Positions 62,091-64,000 of a stretch of DNA of 64,000 nucleotides are shown piece by piece. Position numbers and translations under genes: made by a program. The notes under the pieces were generated by a model. It did no database searches and was not told the origin of the DNA. It saw only the letters and a list, made by a program, of their open reading frames with translations. This DNA comes from Desulfatiglandales bacterium (GTDB lineage: Bacteria > Desulfobacterota > DSM-4660 > Desulfatiglandales > Desulfatiglandaceae): assembly GCA_963662465.1 (NCBI GenBank), contig OY759599.1, positions 4,352,001 to 4,416,000 of the forward strand, given 5' to 3'. Each line of letters opens with the position of its first letter. Positions within the stretch are counted from its first letter, which is position 1.

Positions 62091-62331
62091 AGAGCCGCGG
62101 GTCATCAGCACATACTTTGCCGGAAGCAGGAGATCGGCTATGGAGATTAAGGGAGCTTCTCAGCTGTCGCGTGACCTCTTTTTAACCCGTCATGGCCGGT
62201 TAAGGATGATAAAATTCCTGCTTTCAATTGCATGATCCGTCAAAAACCCTGAAATATCGCGTTATTTATCCCTTTACCAAACGCCTCGCCATTCAAGTGC
62301 CTTTTTGAATATGCTCATGTTTATTATCGTT

Positions 62332-63531
62332 TTACGCTGCCTGTGCATATACCGTATCCGGGTCCTTATTGAACCTCGGAAGACTTTTTGACTTTCTTAC
62401 CGGTGCAACTATTTTCAACGTAATAAGACGTTTCCCGCAAACTGGGCAACAATCCGGTTGCTCGTCGCTTCGCTGCTGCCACAGACTCTGCCAGTCCAGA
62501 AATTCCGTATCTTCAAGTGCCGGTTGTCCCAGTATTTCCCGGCAGCGTGCCAGTTCTTTTTTTGCGTTGTGATGGTAAAGGCCGTATGAACGCACCATCA
62601 TGGAATTCGCCAGGGGAACGTGTTGCAGGTAGCGGCCGATAAAGGTTTGAATCGGCAAGGTAATGAGTCTTACCCGCTCACGACCGTAATTGAAGGTGAC
62701 GTTTCCGTTTTCAATGCGGAAGATGCGTTTATTTGAGATCGGTCCGCCTCTCAGATACCGGGCCAGGTAAATTAAGACCCCTTCTCCGTATGAATAGGTC
62801 TCCTTGAGTTTAACGTTCCACTTCTTACGGCGCCCCAACTTATTAAACAGGTTTCGCGCCTGCTGCGGTCCCATGCCTTCGGGCAGAATCAGTTCTTCAC
62901 GGGCAAGGGCTTTTCTCAAATAGTGGAGATATTTTCCTCGAAAAACCGCCCGGACAATGCCAAACGGCAGAAGAAACGTTTTTGATGAAGCAATCCACTC
63001 GCCGGCGGACAGACCACCGGCCGTCACCAAACAATGCAAATGGGGATGAAAATCCAATTTTCGGCTCCAGGTATGCAACGAGGCAATGATGCCGACTTTG
63101 GCCCCCAAATGCTTCGGGTCTCCAAGGAGTTCGGAAAGGGTCTCGGTCGCGCTTTTGAACAGCAGATTAGCCATGACTTTACGGTTCAGCCGCCATAAGT
63201 CATGCAATTCATCGGAGATGGTGAAAATAACGTGGAAATGCTCGGCACTCAGGAGTCGGGCCTTTTGTTTCGCCAGCCACCGCTCAACCTGGGTGAAGGC
63301 GCAGAGTGGGCACATACGGTGTTTACACGAGTTATACCAGACCCTCTGGAAGTGACCATCCGGACATGCCTGGACGTGCCCCCCCAGAATGGACGTGCGG
63401 CAGGACATCAGACGATGAGCCGCCTCACGAATATGTTCCGGAAGACAATGCGTCTGATTATAGAGGGCATAGCCAAGAAGAAAGATGCCCTGAATCGTCG
63501 TTTCCACTGCGATTTCACCTATTTCTACCAA
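62332..63531 (-). CDS. IS91-family transposase, copy 2
   Basis: Identical to 60723-61922. Confidence 0.9.
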   Translation of the reverse strand: MVEIGEIAVETTIQGIFLLGYALYNQTHCLPEHIREAAHRLMSCRTSILGGHVQACPDGHFQRVWYNSCKHRMCPLCAFTQVERWLAKQKARLLSAEHFHVIFTISDELHDLWRLNRKVMANLLFKSATETLSELLGDPKHLGAKVGIIASLHTWSRKLDFHPHLHCLVTAGGLSAGEWIASSKTFLLPFGIVRAVFRGKYLHYLRKALAREELILPEGMGPQQARNLFNKLGRRKKWNVKLKETYSYGEGVLIYLARYLRGGPISNKRIFRIENGNVTFNYGRERVRLITLPIQTFIGRYLQHVPLANSMMVRSYGLYHHNAKKELARCREILGQPALEDTEFLDWQSLWQQRSDEQPDCCPVCGKRLITLKIVAPVRKSKSLPRFNKDPDTVYAQAA

Positions 63532-63568
63532 TTTTCGACGTTAAGTTCCCCCGCTGTCCAGCGGGTCT

Positions 63569-63699
63569 GTCCAACGTTTAGTTAACTGGAAAACGGGTTC
63601 AAAAAAATATATTATCATTCCAGCTGGTGACTTCGTAGGAACCAACGCATTTCGGTTTATCTCCCAATACCAGTTTTCCAGTTCAACGGGGTGTTGGAC
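63569..63699 (-). other. attC site of IS91-like cassette copy 3
   Basis: Same sequence as 61960-62090; the gene's 3' end begins at 63941. Confidence 0.85.
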
Positions 63700-64000
63700 A
63701 GAGCCGCGGGTCATCAGCACATACTTTGCCGGAAGCAGGAGATCGGCTATGGAGATTAAGGGAGCTTCTCAGCTGTCGCGTGACCTCTTTTTAACCCGTC
63801 ATGGCCGGTTAAGGATGATAAAATTCCTGCTTTCAATTGCATGATCCGTCAAAAACCCTGAAATATCGCGTTATTTATCCCTTTACCAAACGCCTCGCCA
63901 TTCAAGTGCCTTTTTGAATATGCTCATGTTTATTATCGTTTTACGCTGCCTGTGCATATACCGTATCCGGGTCCTTATTGAACCTCGGAAGACTTTTTGA

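Larger units (their letters stand above)
60357..64000 (-). repeat. Head-to-tail tandem repeat, 1609-bp unit (two full copies plus one partial)
   Basis: Units 60357-61965, 61966-63574 and 63575 to the window end; identical proteins. Confidence 0.93.

Noticed and set aside
1..64000. CRISPR array, tRNA or rRNA genes
   Set aside because: No short regularly spaced direct repeats, cloverleafs or rRNA-like tracts seen; the repeats are IS copies, attC sites and a 1609-bp tandem.

Overview
Bacterial DNA, probably deltaproteobacterial/Desulfobacterota (inferred from gene content), in two parts. 1-33.2 kb is a mostly + strand envelope/uptake locus: LpxR-like OM protein, MMPL/LolA-like/beta-barrel trio, fused acyl-CoA dehydratase activase, two TsaA/TrmO paralogues, FmdE, methyltransferase, AraC regulator, RhtX/FptX-like MFS, two FyuA-like TonB receptors (one split by a 4725-bp IS21-family element) and a TonB2/TtpC-type energiser operon. 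33.3-64 kb is an unannotated - strand integron cassette array, with no intI in the window and about 10 full or partial attC sites read by eye. Its cassettes carry toxin-antitoxin pairs, a DUF1566 protein with DGR-like variable regions, and three tandem copies of an IS91-like HUH transposase that is itself packaged as an attC cassette. The array is heavily parasitised. Two group II intron types sit in attC sites, one with EBS1/EBS2 matching the attC. An ORF-less intron is nested in another intron. There is an IS21-in-RIT-in-IS66 stack, an unclassified Mutator-like IS with an 8-bp TSD, and a frameshifted eukaryote-type Sola-like transposase. All family calls come from motif recognition, not database searches.
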